Below are positions 15,489 to 26,870 of a DNA stretch of 64,000 nucleotides, one piece after another. Where the stretch lies: positions 62,001 through 126,000 of the forward strand of contig JAHLTZ010000016.1 of assembly GCA_025786725.1 (NCBI GenBank), given 5' to 3'. The stretch's first letter is position 1. The number at the start of each line of letters is the position of its first letter. The position numbers were made by a program, and so were the translations under genes. The notes beneath the pieces were generated by a model. The model saw nothing but the letters and a program-made list of their open reading frames with translations, was not told the DNA's origin and ran no database searches. This DNA is from Syncephalis fuscata S228 (Eukaryota; Fungi; Zoopagomycota).

Positions 15489-17328
15489 TTTATTTTATTA
15501 AACTTATTAAAAATATTATTATTTGGTGGTCAAATAACTATATTTAATATTCACACAATTGGACTACATATTTGTTCTATTGAATATGCGAATGGGCGGT
15601 AAGTTATATTGGCCATCAAATTTACTATATGATAATTCTATTAGCATGATTGTTTTGTGTAAATATATCTATTGCAAATATTGTCACATCGTTACATTTG
15701 CACAACATTGCAATATTGATACTTGCATTGTCTTATTCTCTAGCTTTCTACAGTTCCATGCCGATCTATTTGGCGCTGAATAGCCCAATAATCAATAATC
15801 ATAAATGACCAGTCCAATAAATATAACCATTGCAGAAATGTAATAGCTATATTTCTAACAGCTGTGTTTTAACAGAATACGCTATTTTCATTTATAATAC
15901 CTTGAAATGACGATAAACATTAATTTACAAATTCAGACGTAAAACCATTGCGTCCATGTTATAAAGTATTCTAATAGCAATAATTTACTTAATTAAACAT
16001 TATTAAGGTTGTGCATAACTTACGTATAATGAAGCAAACTGCATGATATTTTGCACAAGCATGCACATGACATATAGATAGCTATTAGCAAAGTATACCG
16101 TAGTTGTGTTGTGGTATAGACCAATGGTTGCGATAATACGCTAATAAATGTGCAAAAATGGCCGTTTTTTGCCATTTATGGCTTGTGTAAACAAAATACA
16201 GCAAAATGATTGCTGGATTCGAGTTGTCCATGCTTAGTTATACACATTGGTATGTTTTATAGAACAATGATTTTTGCAAAAATGTTAGTCAAAAATGCAA
16301 TTTACGTAATATTTGCTAACAAAAGCAATTAAAGTTATACGATTTTAAAGATTTTAATATTAAAAATCAAATTGGCATAAAGTAAATTTAAAGCATTCAC
16401 AACGCCAAAACAAGCATAATGGCAATTTAATATGCAGAAATATTGCTGTAAAGTGGCAATTTATGCTACTGATATACATATAACTTAGGTTTTTGTTAGC
16501 AAATATTACGTAAATTGCATTTTTGACTAACATTTTTGCAAAAATCATTGTTCTATAAAACATACCAATGTGTATAACTAAGCATGGACAACTCGAATCC
16601 AGCAATCATTTTGCTGTATTTTGTTTACACAAGCCATAAATGGCAAAAAACGGCCATTTTTGCACATTTATTAGCGTATTATCGCAACCATTGGTCTATA
16701 CCACAACACAACTACGGTATACTTTGCTAATAGCTATCTATATGTCATGTGCATGCTTGTGCAAAATATCATGCAGTTTGCTTCATTATACGTAAGTTAT
16801 GCACAACCTTAATAATGTTTAATTAAGTAAATTATTGCTATTAGAATACTTTATAACATGGACGCAATGGTTTTACGTCTGAATTTGTAAATTAATGTTT
16901 ATCGTCATTTCAAGGTATTATAAATGAAAATAGCGTATTCTGTTAAAACACAGCTGTTAGAAATATAGCTATTACATTTCTGCAATGGTTATATTTATTG
17001 GACTGGTCATTTATGATTATTGATTATTGGGCTATTCAGCGCCAAATAGATCGGCATGGAACTGTAGAAAGCTAGAGAATAAGACAATGCAAGTATCAAT
17101 ATTGCAATGTTGTGCAAATGTAACGATGTGACAATATTTGCAATAGATATATTTACACAGAACAATCATGCTAATAGAATTATCATATAGTAAATTTGAT
17201 GGCCAATATAACTTACCACCCATTCGCATATTCAATAGAACAAATATGTAGTCCAATTGTGTGAATATTAAATATAGTTATTTGACCACCAAATAATAAT
17301 ATATTTTAATAAGTTTTAATAAAATAAA
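15489..17328. repeat. Palindrome P2: arms ~15489-16324 and 16491-17328 (~835 bp), 166-bp spacer
   Basis: Arms are reverse complements with few differences; mirrored ORFs 15559-15783(+) and 17032-17256(-) translate identically. Confidence 0.97.
16020..16795. mobile_element. 776-bp foldback/MITE-like core, copy 2 (spacer inverted relative to copy 1)
   Basis: Spacer 16325-16490 is the reverse complement of 12417-12581; arms differ from copy 1 at about 8 positions. Confidence 0.55.
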
Positions 17329-18271
17329 GATAATTAAATAAGCTAATAATCTTATTATTTAAATGAATAATATAAATGTATTTATGTTGAGTGTAACTAG
17401 CTATTATATGGTAACAATGTAATAAGATGCACGTGACTAAATCAAATGGTACAACTGCTAACTGCTATATTGTTATTTATATTGTAATAAAGTTATTTAT
17501 TTAAAAGTATGCCATGGGGAAGCTATATAATTGAATTTATATACTATTAAATGTAAAATCAATTGTAACATATAGACATCGTCAACCAAGAGTTAAATAA
17601 TTCGAGTACTAGCTTGATACACCACTGGGCTAAACGGCACTAGTCCAGTTGCTATTAACTTCCACTAGATATGCATTTAAATTATATTATATTGGCAACC
17701 TTAATTACAGCTTCAATTCTAATTAACTTGGCTTTAATAGGAGTATTAGGAAAATAAATAAATAATCTTTTAGTTAATTTTACAGGTTCGTGACAAATTA
17801 GTTTGATTTGGCGTTCATCACGAATGTAATGGCTACAAAAGTTATGAATAATGTGCAGACAGTAGTAAATGTAAGCTTCAGTGTAATGTCGATTTGTTCA
17901 AATAAACAAGTATAATAAAAATAGTTGTTCAGTGTAAATTGAGTATTAAATAGTATTTGGCAGAAAGTAGAATGTAAAAATTCTACCATTAATTCATTGT
18001 CGCTGTCATTTGCATGCTATTTGGATCAATAATTATAAAGAGGCATTGAGTGAGGTATAATTTATAAATATATCGCTTGAATGTAATGTGCACCAATAAA
18101 AATACATCCACATGGTAGACTGGAGTGTATAGTATAATATACGCACACGCACATTTAATGTTGTTATGAGTAATAACAGCTAGAATATTTGATAAAATAA
18201 ACCGAATATGCGTTTGTTATTGCATAATAATAGTCTGGAGCATACATATTATTAATCCTAATTCAAACGTC

Positions 18272-18898
18272 TTAGCAACTAATGACGCGATCATGCTTAG
18301 CAATAACTTTTTTGCCATCAGAAGATACAAAAGCTTCATACTCATGCATTGGAAGAGATACGAGAAACTTCCATGCAGGCTCAATAGATATATCCTCAAC
18401 ATGATAATATGTTTTTTCGCCAAATGCACGTTTAGTGCGGTCAGGATTAGTAAAACTTTCTGTTTGCATATCCTCAATGGACTGTTCTCGTCTGTCACCT
18501 TCTACAAGTTGAATATCAGCTGGATCTTGGCCAAGATGACCGGCAAGTGTTTTAAAGGCATCACGGATGGATACATATCGTGGCGATGCCAGACTGGTGG
18601 CAATGTCTCCGTGGAAAAATCTATCCTCATATGTACATACATGATTGTTTCTGTCAACGTGTACCCGAATGCTAGTATTCTCAATAGGTGTCCCATTTAG
18701 CACCTGTTTTAAATCTACATGGGTTACATCCATTCCACTTGACTTGTAATGGCTTAGTACAATGTAGTCATCCTGTTTAACGCCAAGTATTTCATGCGTA
18801 AAAGCCAAAGCTACATCCAATGGACTTCCGGCCGATGCAAATCGCGCACCATCTCTTTGAAGCGTCTCCGAGGTGACGGCAGTTTCGTATTTAACCAT
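18272..18898 (-). CDS. Stand-alone fungalysin (M36)-type propeptide protein (FTP + PepSY-like); no catalytic domain
   Basis: SHYKSSGMDVTHVDLKQVLNGTPIENTSIRVHVDRNNHV (FTP-like) and YEAFVSSDGKKVIAKHDRV (prodomain end); stop follows; no HEXXH. Confidence 0.7.
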   Translation of the reverse strand: MVKYETAVTSETLQRDGARFASAGSPLDVALAFTHEILGVKQDDYIVLSHYKSSGMDVTHVDLKQVLNGTPIENTSIRVHVDRNNHVCTYEDRFFHGDIATSLASPRYVSIRDAFKTLAGHLGQDPADIQLVEGDRREQSIEDMQTESFTNPDRTKRAFGEKTYYHVEDISIEPAWKFLVSLPMHEYEAFVSSDGKKVIAKHDRVISC

Positions 18899-19624
18899 TT
18901 TGTAAACTTGAATGAGAGTAGAAATGAAAATAAAAAAATGACGTATAAAGCCGACGAATTGATCTAATAGGAGCAGAGTGAATAAGGCCTAAATTTAATT
19001 TGTGCTGGCCTTATTGAAGTATTGTTTAATCAGCAACAGCCACCTGTTTTTTCTATTGGCTTAAGCAGGTAAAATGATGACATCATTACTCATTTTAGCA
19101 GCTTTTAGTAGGATGCCAAAGGGCATTTGAATACAGGATAATTCTGAATCCATTACTCTTTGTTTACAGTAAAGTGACAATCAAGCAAAACACAATGATA
19201 GACTATCTGATAAATCTGGAATTAATTTAATAGTTTACATTTCTGGTTTAAATAGCGACGTTTAATAAATACTAAAACAGCGCTGACCTTATAACAACAC
19301 GGCTTGATGACTATTAATCAATTATAGTTTGTATTTGTCAAGTCTGCCATCATCTAGTAATAACTAACTAATAACTTTGGATAGTCTGTATATAGTATAT
19401 AAACTACAGTTCGGCATGGGTATAGAAAATGATGCTATAATAGCTTGTATGTAGATGGCACCTCTACTTTAATTGAGGCCTTATTGCGAATATACCAATG
19501 CTAATGCCTTTTCATTGTAGTGATAGCATGCTATTACCAAATAAAATGCACTAATTTGATCCTTTAATTGTAAGATATCCACACAAATTGCTCGCATAAA
19601 CAGTTTCCTATTGATATACCTAGT

Positions 19625-19711
19625 GCACTGATGATATTCACTGGTGTGGATAGCGGGCTTCAAACCCGTTGGCGATTTGTTTCGCAGCGGTTCGATTCCG
19701 CCTTCGGTGCG
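19625..19711 (+). tRNA. tRNA-Sec (UCA), eukaryotic 9/4 fold
   Basis: Acceptor GCACTGATG/CTTCGGTGC (9 positions incl. U:U), 6-bp D stem with TGGT loop, 6-bp anticodon stem with CTTCAAA loop, long variable arm, 4-bp T stem GCGG/CCGC, G discriminator. Confidence 0.92.
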
Positions 19712-20235
19712 TAGCATGTCCTCATGCGCACGCTGCAAGTGTAGTAAGTTGTTAGTGTTTTGAACGATATATCCGACTATTGGATCCCTATTACAGACAC
19801 AGTTCATGTCTGTTTTTTAAACACCCCTTAGCTCATGCCCAGTTTAAAAACGCTAATGCATCGCATGCTGCGATTTAAGCCATTAGCAGAAATAGCGTAA
19901 TATGTTTTGGATAATAAAATGATATTTTATTAAATAAACGCGTATGTTTTATACTGTTTAATTAAAATATGAAGCCAGTATTTATTCGATGACGGATATA
20001 ATTTGCCACACATTTATCTGTCGGTCAGCATTGGTTAGTTGGCTGATGATTATATCCGAATTACATTTGGTCAGTAAATGGTAAAATAATAGTCCGATAC
20101 GTGTGAATATCTTCATACTTAAACCGTGCACAGACAACATTGTATTCTCATGGAGCAATGAAATAGCAAAGCGATTGTGCTGGAGAGAATTGCCATCAAC
20201 TATCGTAGTATTCAATTACTAGTATTTCTATAATC

Positions 20236-21609
20236 ATGCTTTTTTACAACTTGTCTCATGAACTGCTTGTATTGATATTTTTGCAATTGGATATTAAGTC
20301 ATTATTTGCATTTGCAAAAACTAGCAGCAGTTTATTTTATAGTATAATAGAGGACGATATTTTATGGAAGTGCATCTACAAGCAAACTTTTTTCTTTAAT
20401 CGCTGCGAGCAAGAGTTTTATACAAAGTTAAAATCTTTTCTGGATGCATCAAATACAAGTGGTCGAATAGCAATACATTTGCTACTTTATAGACGGCGCA
20501 TGGAGGTTGAAAATAACTGGTATAGCTGGCGATTTACAACAATAGATCAACAATGTCAATATACAAAAGATATAGACAGCTGTATTAGTCGGCTAACAAT
20601 GTGTATTGCTTTACAGCAACAACAACAACAACATCCTGTCTTATTAGATGACTATGCATCACCCGTAGATATTTCAAAACTAAACACACTATCAAATAAG
20701 CGGCTAAACTCATTTATAAAAACAATAGATAATAGCAAAAAAGAGTCTTTTAGAATCGAGAAGCTGCATTCTACAGCAGTATTTGTTTTTAGTAAAATGA
20801 TAATTCAACAAAAAACTGGAATAAGCTTGAAGCTTCTTACATGGAAAAGCGACTGCTGCACTTTTATTAGTGCAATTAATTTAGACAAATCATTTCAGCT
20901 ATTAGATGTGTTTGATAATTGGATACTGGTCGGAGAAACTAAGCCTGGTGATGCTTTAGTTATTTACAAAATATGCAACCTAATTACTGGAACAACTACT
21001 AGCAGCTTTATTTTTGATAGAAACGCCACCTGCCATTTACAAGCAGCTACACAGTGCAGTGTTTGTATTTATACTGTCACACCACTTGCAAATGGCCAAT
21101 CTGCAAACTGGGAATTGTGGCGAGTTGGCAGAGATAGTCACAAGGAATGTATAAACCATGGATCTATTGCTTTGCCATCCACAGGTGGATATCGATTAGT
21201 TTTGACACGAAGGATTGACAATCAAAGCGTGCTATTACAATTTTGGTCTGGTGGAATTATCGGCGAAGACTGTTATATGACTTTTCACACTCTGGGTAAA
21301 CAATCTATTTCTTGGGGTAGATTGCTGGATGGTAGCATTATAATAGCAATTTTATGCAAGAAGGGCGTTGTTTTTGTAGATGGAGCTGGCGACGCCTGTA
21401 TTGTAGTAAATATTGTTGATGGCGCGACATTGCGAAGCTTAAAATTTTCAAAAAAGTGCTATATAAAACTTAGAATTGGCGCTATCGTTCAAGTATACCA
21501 GTACGATGAACGACGGGCCATTTATACAATAGATTTATCTTCAGGAGCTCAAAGACAATCAATTTGCACTGAAAATCCGATTGATTTTATTCAGCGTGCG
21601 TTAATATGA
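20236..21609 (+). CDS. F-box protein with divergent beta-rich C-terminus
   Basis: N-terminal LSHELLVLIFLQLDIKSLFAFAKTSSSLF...DDILWK F-box pattern; intronless 457 aa. Confidence 0.8.
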   Translation: MLFYNLSHELLVLIFLQLDIKSLFAFAKTSSSLFYSIIEDDILWKCIYKQTFFFNRCEQEFYTKLKSFLDASNTSGRIAIHLLLYRRRMEVENNWYSWRFTTIDQQCQYTKDIDSCISRLTMCIALQQQQQQHPVLLDDYASPVDISKLNTLSNKRLNSFIKTIDNSKKESFRIEKLHSTAVFVFSKMIIQQKTGISLKLLTWKSDCCTFISAINLDKSFQLLDVFDNWILVGETKPGDALVIYKICNLITGTTTSSFIFDRNATCHLQAATQCSVCIYTVTPLANGQSANWELWRVGRDSHKECINHGSIALPSTGGYRLVLTRRIDNQSVLLQFWSGGIIGEDCYMTFHTLGKQSISWGRLLDGSIIIAILCKKGVVFVDGAGDACIVVNIVDGATLRSLKFSKKCYIKLRIGAIVQVYQYDERRAIYTIDLSSGAQRQSICTENPIDFIQRALI

Positions 21610-22785
21610 AATGTAATTGGACGATTTGGAGAAATGCTCAAGTAGTAATGAGCAGAAGCGCTCTGCCTCTTGGACAAAAATAGCATGACCGCATACTCTA
21701 AAAACTTCCAAACGTGCTTTCAAATACTTTGCAAGAAATTCCGAATTGGAGGCAGCAATGATGGCATCTTGGTCGCCAGTGCATACCAATACTGGGAAAC
21801 GGGCGTGTAAGATCCGCTGAAGACCTTCGTTGCAAAGATAATGGTGTTCTACAGCCCAAAGTTGTCTTTCGTAGCCTTCGGGTGTCTGTGGTTTACTGCT
21901 TGACAAAGCGTTACGGAAAAGCTGTGATTAAACGTTGTTAGTAGTGTTGCTGTGTATTGCTAAGTAATATACTGTACATTGGTTATAAAGTCGCGATTGG
22001 TTTGCCTGGGATTGTACTTGTTTGGTGCATCCAGCCAAACCTTGGGATATTCTATTTGAAGCATTTTAGCCTCTTGTTCAGGATTCATTGGTTCTAGCTT
22101 TCGTGGAAGTGCTCCCGGAACCTAATGATATTGTATTGAAAATAAAATAAAAATTAGTTACCCATGCATTAGAAATAGTATATAGCATACTTACTGGAGT
22201 TGGCTGCCACTTGGCCGTAGTGCTCACTAGGCATAGTGATTTAATGTAGCTGGGATAGTCGCTAGCCAGCTGCATTGCAATCATGCCGCCCATGCTGACC
22301 CGATAACATGCACGTTTGATTTCCATCCTAAATGATTCAAAAGTTGTATGGTGTCTTCAGACATATCTTTAACGCTATAAGAGTATATAACAGCAGCATA
22401 ATTATTTAATGTTTTACAAGCTGTTTAAAATAATCTTACACGTAGTTGCCTTGGGGTACATCTAATATTACTTGGTTAGTATGCTATTAGTTCTATAATT
22501 TTATCATAGATGTTTACCAGAATGGCCTACACCGCGATTATCGATCGTTAACACCTGGTATCCTCGTTGCGCCAAGAATTGTGCCTCTATATTCCATGCT
22601 TCACGAGAGTTGTTTAAGCCTGCACGTCTGGTTAGCACTGTTCGTTGTATGACATTGAGTGGCTAAGTGTTCGTACCAGAAAGAAACACAACATGTTGTG
22701 CTCCCGTGCCATGCAACTCGTATGCTATTTGAACCAGTCTTTTGGTACAACGGTCCATGACCTTGAATACTCCTTGTACTGGCAT
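21601..22785 (-). CDS. Alpha/beta hydrolase, multi-exon (apparent 1-nt deletion near 22300)
   Basis: IAYELHGTG, DNRGVGHS, HVIG-VSMGGMIA nucleophile elbow, GDQD, CGH. Confidence 0.85.
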
Positions 22786-23957
22786 GATGCTGCGTAAATC
22801 AAATGAAAGATATGAATTGTGTTATGAATAAGCTCGAACAATGCACCGATAATGGTGTCTATTTATTAATCCGTCGTTTCGGCAAGGAGTCAACAAGACA
22901 AGGCCTTGCTAGATAGTTAAACCGGTATTTCACAAAGCAAATTATTGAAGCAGCAACGGTTTAATATTTTACCTATAAAAAGATAATTCTATTTTACGAA
23001 ACAAATAGTTGCATGTTAATCAAAGGATACATTCACAAACATTCAATGTGACTAATAGGTCATCATTGACAATGAAAATCTATTATTCTGCAATGGACTG
23101 CCATTGCATTTGGGGAAATATGACGTCGGTGTTTATTTTAGCAACGTCCAAAATGGTCAATATTTTAATTAGCCCTTTGGCTAAATTGTATTTTGACTTT
23201 TCTATTTTAAGTCCTCAAAGCAAAGTTTGTTCCAATTGAAGTCATGCTGTTATGCACAACATAATTATATTGCTTTCTAATAAAACGTTGTTAATAAATT
23301 GATTTAAACAAACAATGTAACATACCATTTGATTTCTTTGAAACATTTGAGGCCAATTATTATTGTTGTTGGCCATGTGTAGAAAGATTGATCGAATATT
23401 AATAAAAGCCATATGATTACAATTTTATATCATTCCGCATTTGTTATTATTGCATCTATGTACAACATGAATTATTGCATCTAAATGATTTCTTTTATTT
23501 TCTAATCTTCTACTATTGCATCTTAAGCATATTTGTGATGTAAGATCTGTATTAATATAATTAGTATAAAGTTGTTTATTAAACAGCTACCTTTCCTATA
23601 GCCAATCTGACTAAATAAATGGCATTTTGAACAATTAAATTTATAATGACAATGTATATATTAAAGCAATAATAAAGATAACTAATTAGTTACATTATTG
23701 TATCAATAATTACACATGGATTAATTAATGTTGGATGTAATATTATACATGTTACAGCAATGAGTGAATGTTTAATGGTATTTAAAAGTGTTGAAAAAGG
23801 GGTGAAATAGGTAAATAAAAAATGAAGTCAAAGTACAATAGCTCCCTTTAAGTAAATAAAAGCATTTAATAAAGCTTGGCCAAACAAAAGTTGAGTTGCT
23901 AGCAAGTTATAGATAAATAATACTTTATACAATATCTCAAATTCTATTTGTTTCATC

Positions 23958-25139
23958 ATGGTACGCCCGGTGACGATTCTTGAGATTGAGCTGACCTTTC
24001 TGCTTCCTGGCTTATTCGTCTATTCATTGACGTTTGCAATTCATGTGCGTAATTCCATCCATTCTCTGTTTCTCTTGTATGATTTTTACAAAAAACAAAG
24101 AGCAACAAGATCGTTTTATCTATCACAGGAGCAGGCATCCAATCTGCGTAATCAGCTAGCGTTACATGGATGCCCACTATCCAACAATTTGAAAAAAAGA
24201 GCTGGCGTGCTTTACGATGAATGTGGATCAAAAATCCAAGACCGAACACGACGATTTCCATTGGCAGTATTTGCAAGACGCAACATAAATCGTACTTTTC
24301 CTTACATCTTTGTTATCGCGCTGGTTCAAGCGTTAGGTGGCGCTTGTCTAGCGTTGGTGGCCATAATATACCTTATGTTTTTACCAACAAACTGTATCTT
24401 ACGTGCCGTTCTTACTGGACTGTTTTTTGAAATCAATTCTATAGGACTAGATCTGATTTTAGCAACTAAAGCGTATCTGGTTAACCAGAAATATCTATAT
24501 CAAGGCTCTTCCACCACACCACCACGTTGGTGTAAGTGGATAGGGGTATGCATGCCGATTCAGGTGTATAGTATTACCCGATGGATTCTCTCAATTGGAG
24601 TTTTATTGTTATTGACCAAGCACGGTGTTACAATTGCCACGTTTTCACTTTTTAACGAATACAATCTGATATATGACGGTGGCTGTGCTGCTGTATTTTA
24701 CCCACCACCGTTTATAGTTGCCATTGTTTTAGATGCTTCAGTTTCCTTATTTTTTGGAATAGTGTTCTTGTTTGCTTTAGCCGCACATATAAGGCGTATT
24801 AAGCAGAATGTCGAAGCAACAGGCGTGCTTTCCATCTACCACGGATTACTTCAAAATGACTTGCTTCAACTGACTGTATCTGCCGTAGGCTCAGTTACGG
24901 TCATTCTCATTTATTCACTAGTCAACGTCACCGGTAATCTAGCATTATTTTACCCAATCGTATTGTCTCGTAAGTAGCATAAAGACTGTACTAGCTATTA
25001 TAGCAGACATTTTTTAACATTAAACACAGATGCTGTTGCTGGTTTTTTTACAATAGAGTCGCTTAAAAGCGGTGTAAGAACACGGCGCCATCTTACTCGA
25101 CGACGCGGTAATGCGGATTTTGTCACGCTTCACCTGTAA
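23958..25139 (+). CDS. Multi-pass (~7 TM) membrane protein, 2 exons (intron 24970-25029)
   Basis: Repeated hydrophobic segments, Cys in predicted extracellular loops, basic C-terminal tail after the intron. Confidence 0.6.
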
Positions 25140-25638
25140 TATTAAAACAAATATCATTTAATAATATGCGAATAACATAAATATGCAGTTAAATGTCGAA
25201 AAGACTACGAATTTAGTCATTTGCACGCCTATGAACTAACAGTGATGCTATCTATTAGAGTAGCCAAACGGTCTATGCGACTCATAGTAAAGCAGTATAA
25301 TTTTTTTATCAGATTACTGTTGCATGCTCTTAATGAGCAATTGATTAATATTGATAAAGTTAGCCCAGCAGTACAATACAATAAAATATCACAGACCTAC
25401 AGCTGCTAAATAACCATCAATATTTGCTAAATTTAACCTAATTAAGCAATCCATTTTGATCACTGCAGCTAAGGCATTACCGCCTTTGGAAAGATGCCAC
25501 GCCTTTTGCGTGGATTTGAATAAAGACCTGGGTCCTAAAATAAAATGCTTATTCAATCTATACCTTTTCTTTTTATGTATTCACCTGGCTATTTCGCCTT
25601 CTCAATAATTCACAAGTAGTAGTGCCCTGACTGCCGCC

Positions 25639-26415
25639 ATGCTAAGCTATTTAACGATAATATCGTTACACACTGTATGTAGTGTTATATTTAATTCGAT
25701 AATATACTATAAACCGTCCGAAGCCATTCGATTACATGTCGGTGCTGTTGGCGGGTCTGACTGCGGTCCTGAGTGCTATGTTCCTGTTATTATCGGCTTG
25801 TTAGCCTTAATCTCTATCAGTACTGTTGCAAAACATTATCTCCGAAAGTACCGCGAGTCTAAAGCACAGCCTACTGTTGCATCGGCCAACGAGATGGGTC
25901 AGCAGCAGCAGCCTGTTGTTAATAGCTCGCCTAATACAACAGTACAGAATAATGCAGTATTTGTCCAGCCCGCTGGAGCTATGGGATTACAGCAGCAACA
26001 ACCCGTGTATTACCAGGTCGTCAGTAATGTGAATCAACACCAGTATCAATCTCATGTAACTCAGCCCATACCGCAACAATCTACTGCGATGATGTACGCA
26101 GCCGCTACTACAGTCGGTGGACCTAGCTATCCAGCGGCAAGTTATCCAGCATCCAATCCTCAAATGCAGCCTGTAGTACATACCTCCAGTCCTATTGTTT
26201 CCCCTATGCTATACCCTACTGTAAGAGATAGCACTGATCATGCATCACATCAAGCAGCCTATAGCAATTCCGCTGCACCAATTGTAAATAGTATCTCGGT
26301 ACATGATGCTGGTAAAGAGCCTCAACCAGGCGTGTCAGCTCCCGTTCCACCACCTCCAGAGTTTACTTCAGCTAATTACTCTGAAATACCTCTCTCGACG
26401 GCCACGCCACAATAG
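25639..26415 (+). CDS. Single-pass membrane protein with Gln/Pro/Ser-rich tail (5' end uncertain)
   Basis: CGPEC followed by TM YVPVIIGLLALISISTVA, basic stop-transfer KHYLRKYR, low-complexity tail. Confidence 0.6.
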   Translation: MLSYLTIISLHTVCSVIFNSIIYYKPSEAIRLHVGAVGGSDCGPECYVPVIIGLLALISISTVAKHYLRKYRESKAQPTVASANEMGQQQQPVVNSSPNTTVQNNAVFVQPAGAMGLQQQQPVYYQVVSNVNQHQYQSHVTQPIPQQSTAMMYAAATTVGGPSYPAASYPASNPQMQPVVHTSSPIVSPMLYPTVRDSTDHASHQAAYSNSAAPIVNSISVHDAGKEPQPGVSAPVPPPPEFTSANYSEIPLSTATPQ

Positions 26416-26870
26416 CGATTGATCATTTGATCAACTATTTAATCTGTAGCGTGGCAAAAATACCGTATTATTTAAACAATTTAATTAATTAGTGCCATTA
26501 AAGCCATATTGGTTGATATCAGTCAGCCAATCCTTCCTACACGCTTATTCATTTCCACAATTATAATCATTGAATTATTCATATTCCTGTGCTAGTTTTT
26601 GCTTACATGTAAATAGCTATTTAGCTGAATAGTTCCTACTAAATAATAAATAATATTACATTTTCAATATAGTAAGGATGGTTTTATTTAGCGCTTATCA
26701 ATAAAATTGTAATTATTTTAAGATGAAAGAGTGCAATTTATTATTTCAAATAAACAGTGCCATTTAATAGTATTTTTAGCAATCATCATAACATAACACA
26801 CAATAGGACCAATTTTTATAATTTCTCTTTATTTTACTATTTTTTCGCTTCATTTACGTGATTGTTCAGT

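Noticed and set aside
12302-17256. Duplicated short ORFs (12302-12571, 15559-15783, 16360-16605, 17032-17256)
   Set aside because: Non-ATG starts, AT-rich composition and no recognisable domains; their duplication just reflects the repeats.
11623-17328. Palindromes as pure amplification or assembly chimeras
   Set aside because: The arms carry internal substitutions, and both palindromes turn around at the same spacer boundaries. An artefact is therefore less likely, though not excluded without raw reads.
19481-19807. 108-aa minus-strand ORF
   Set aside because: Antisense to the tRNA-Sec gene, with no protein features.
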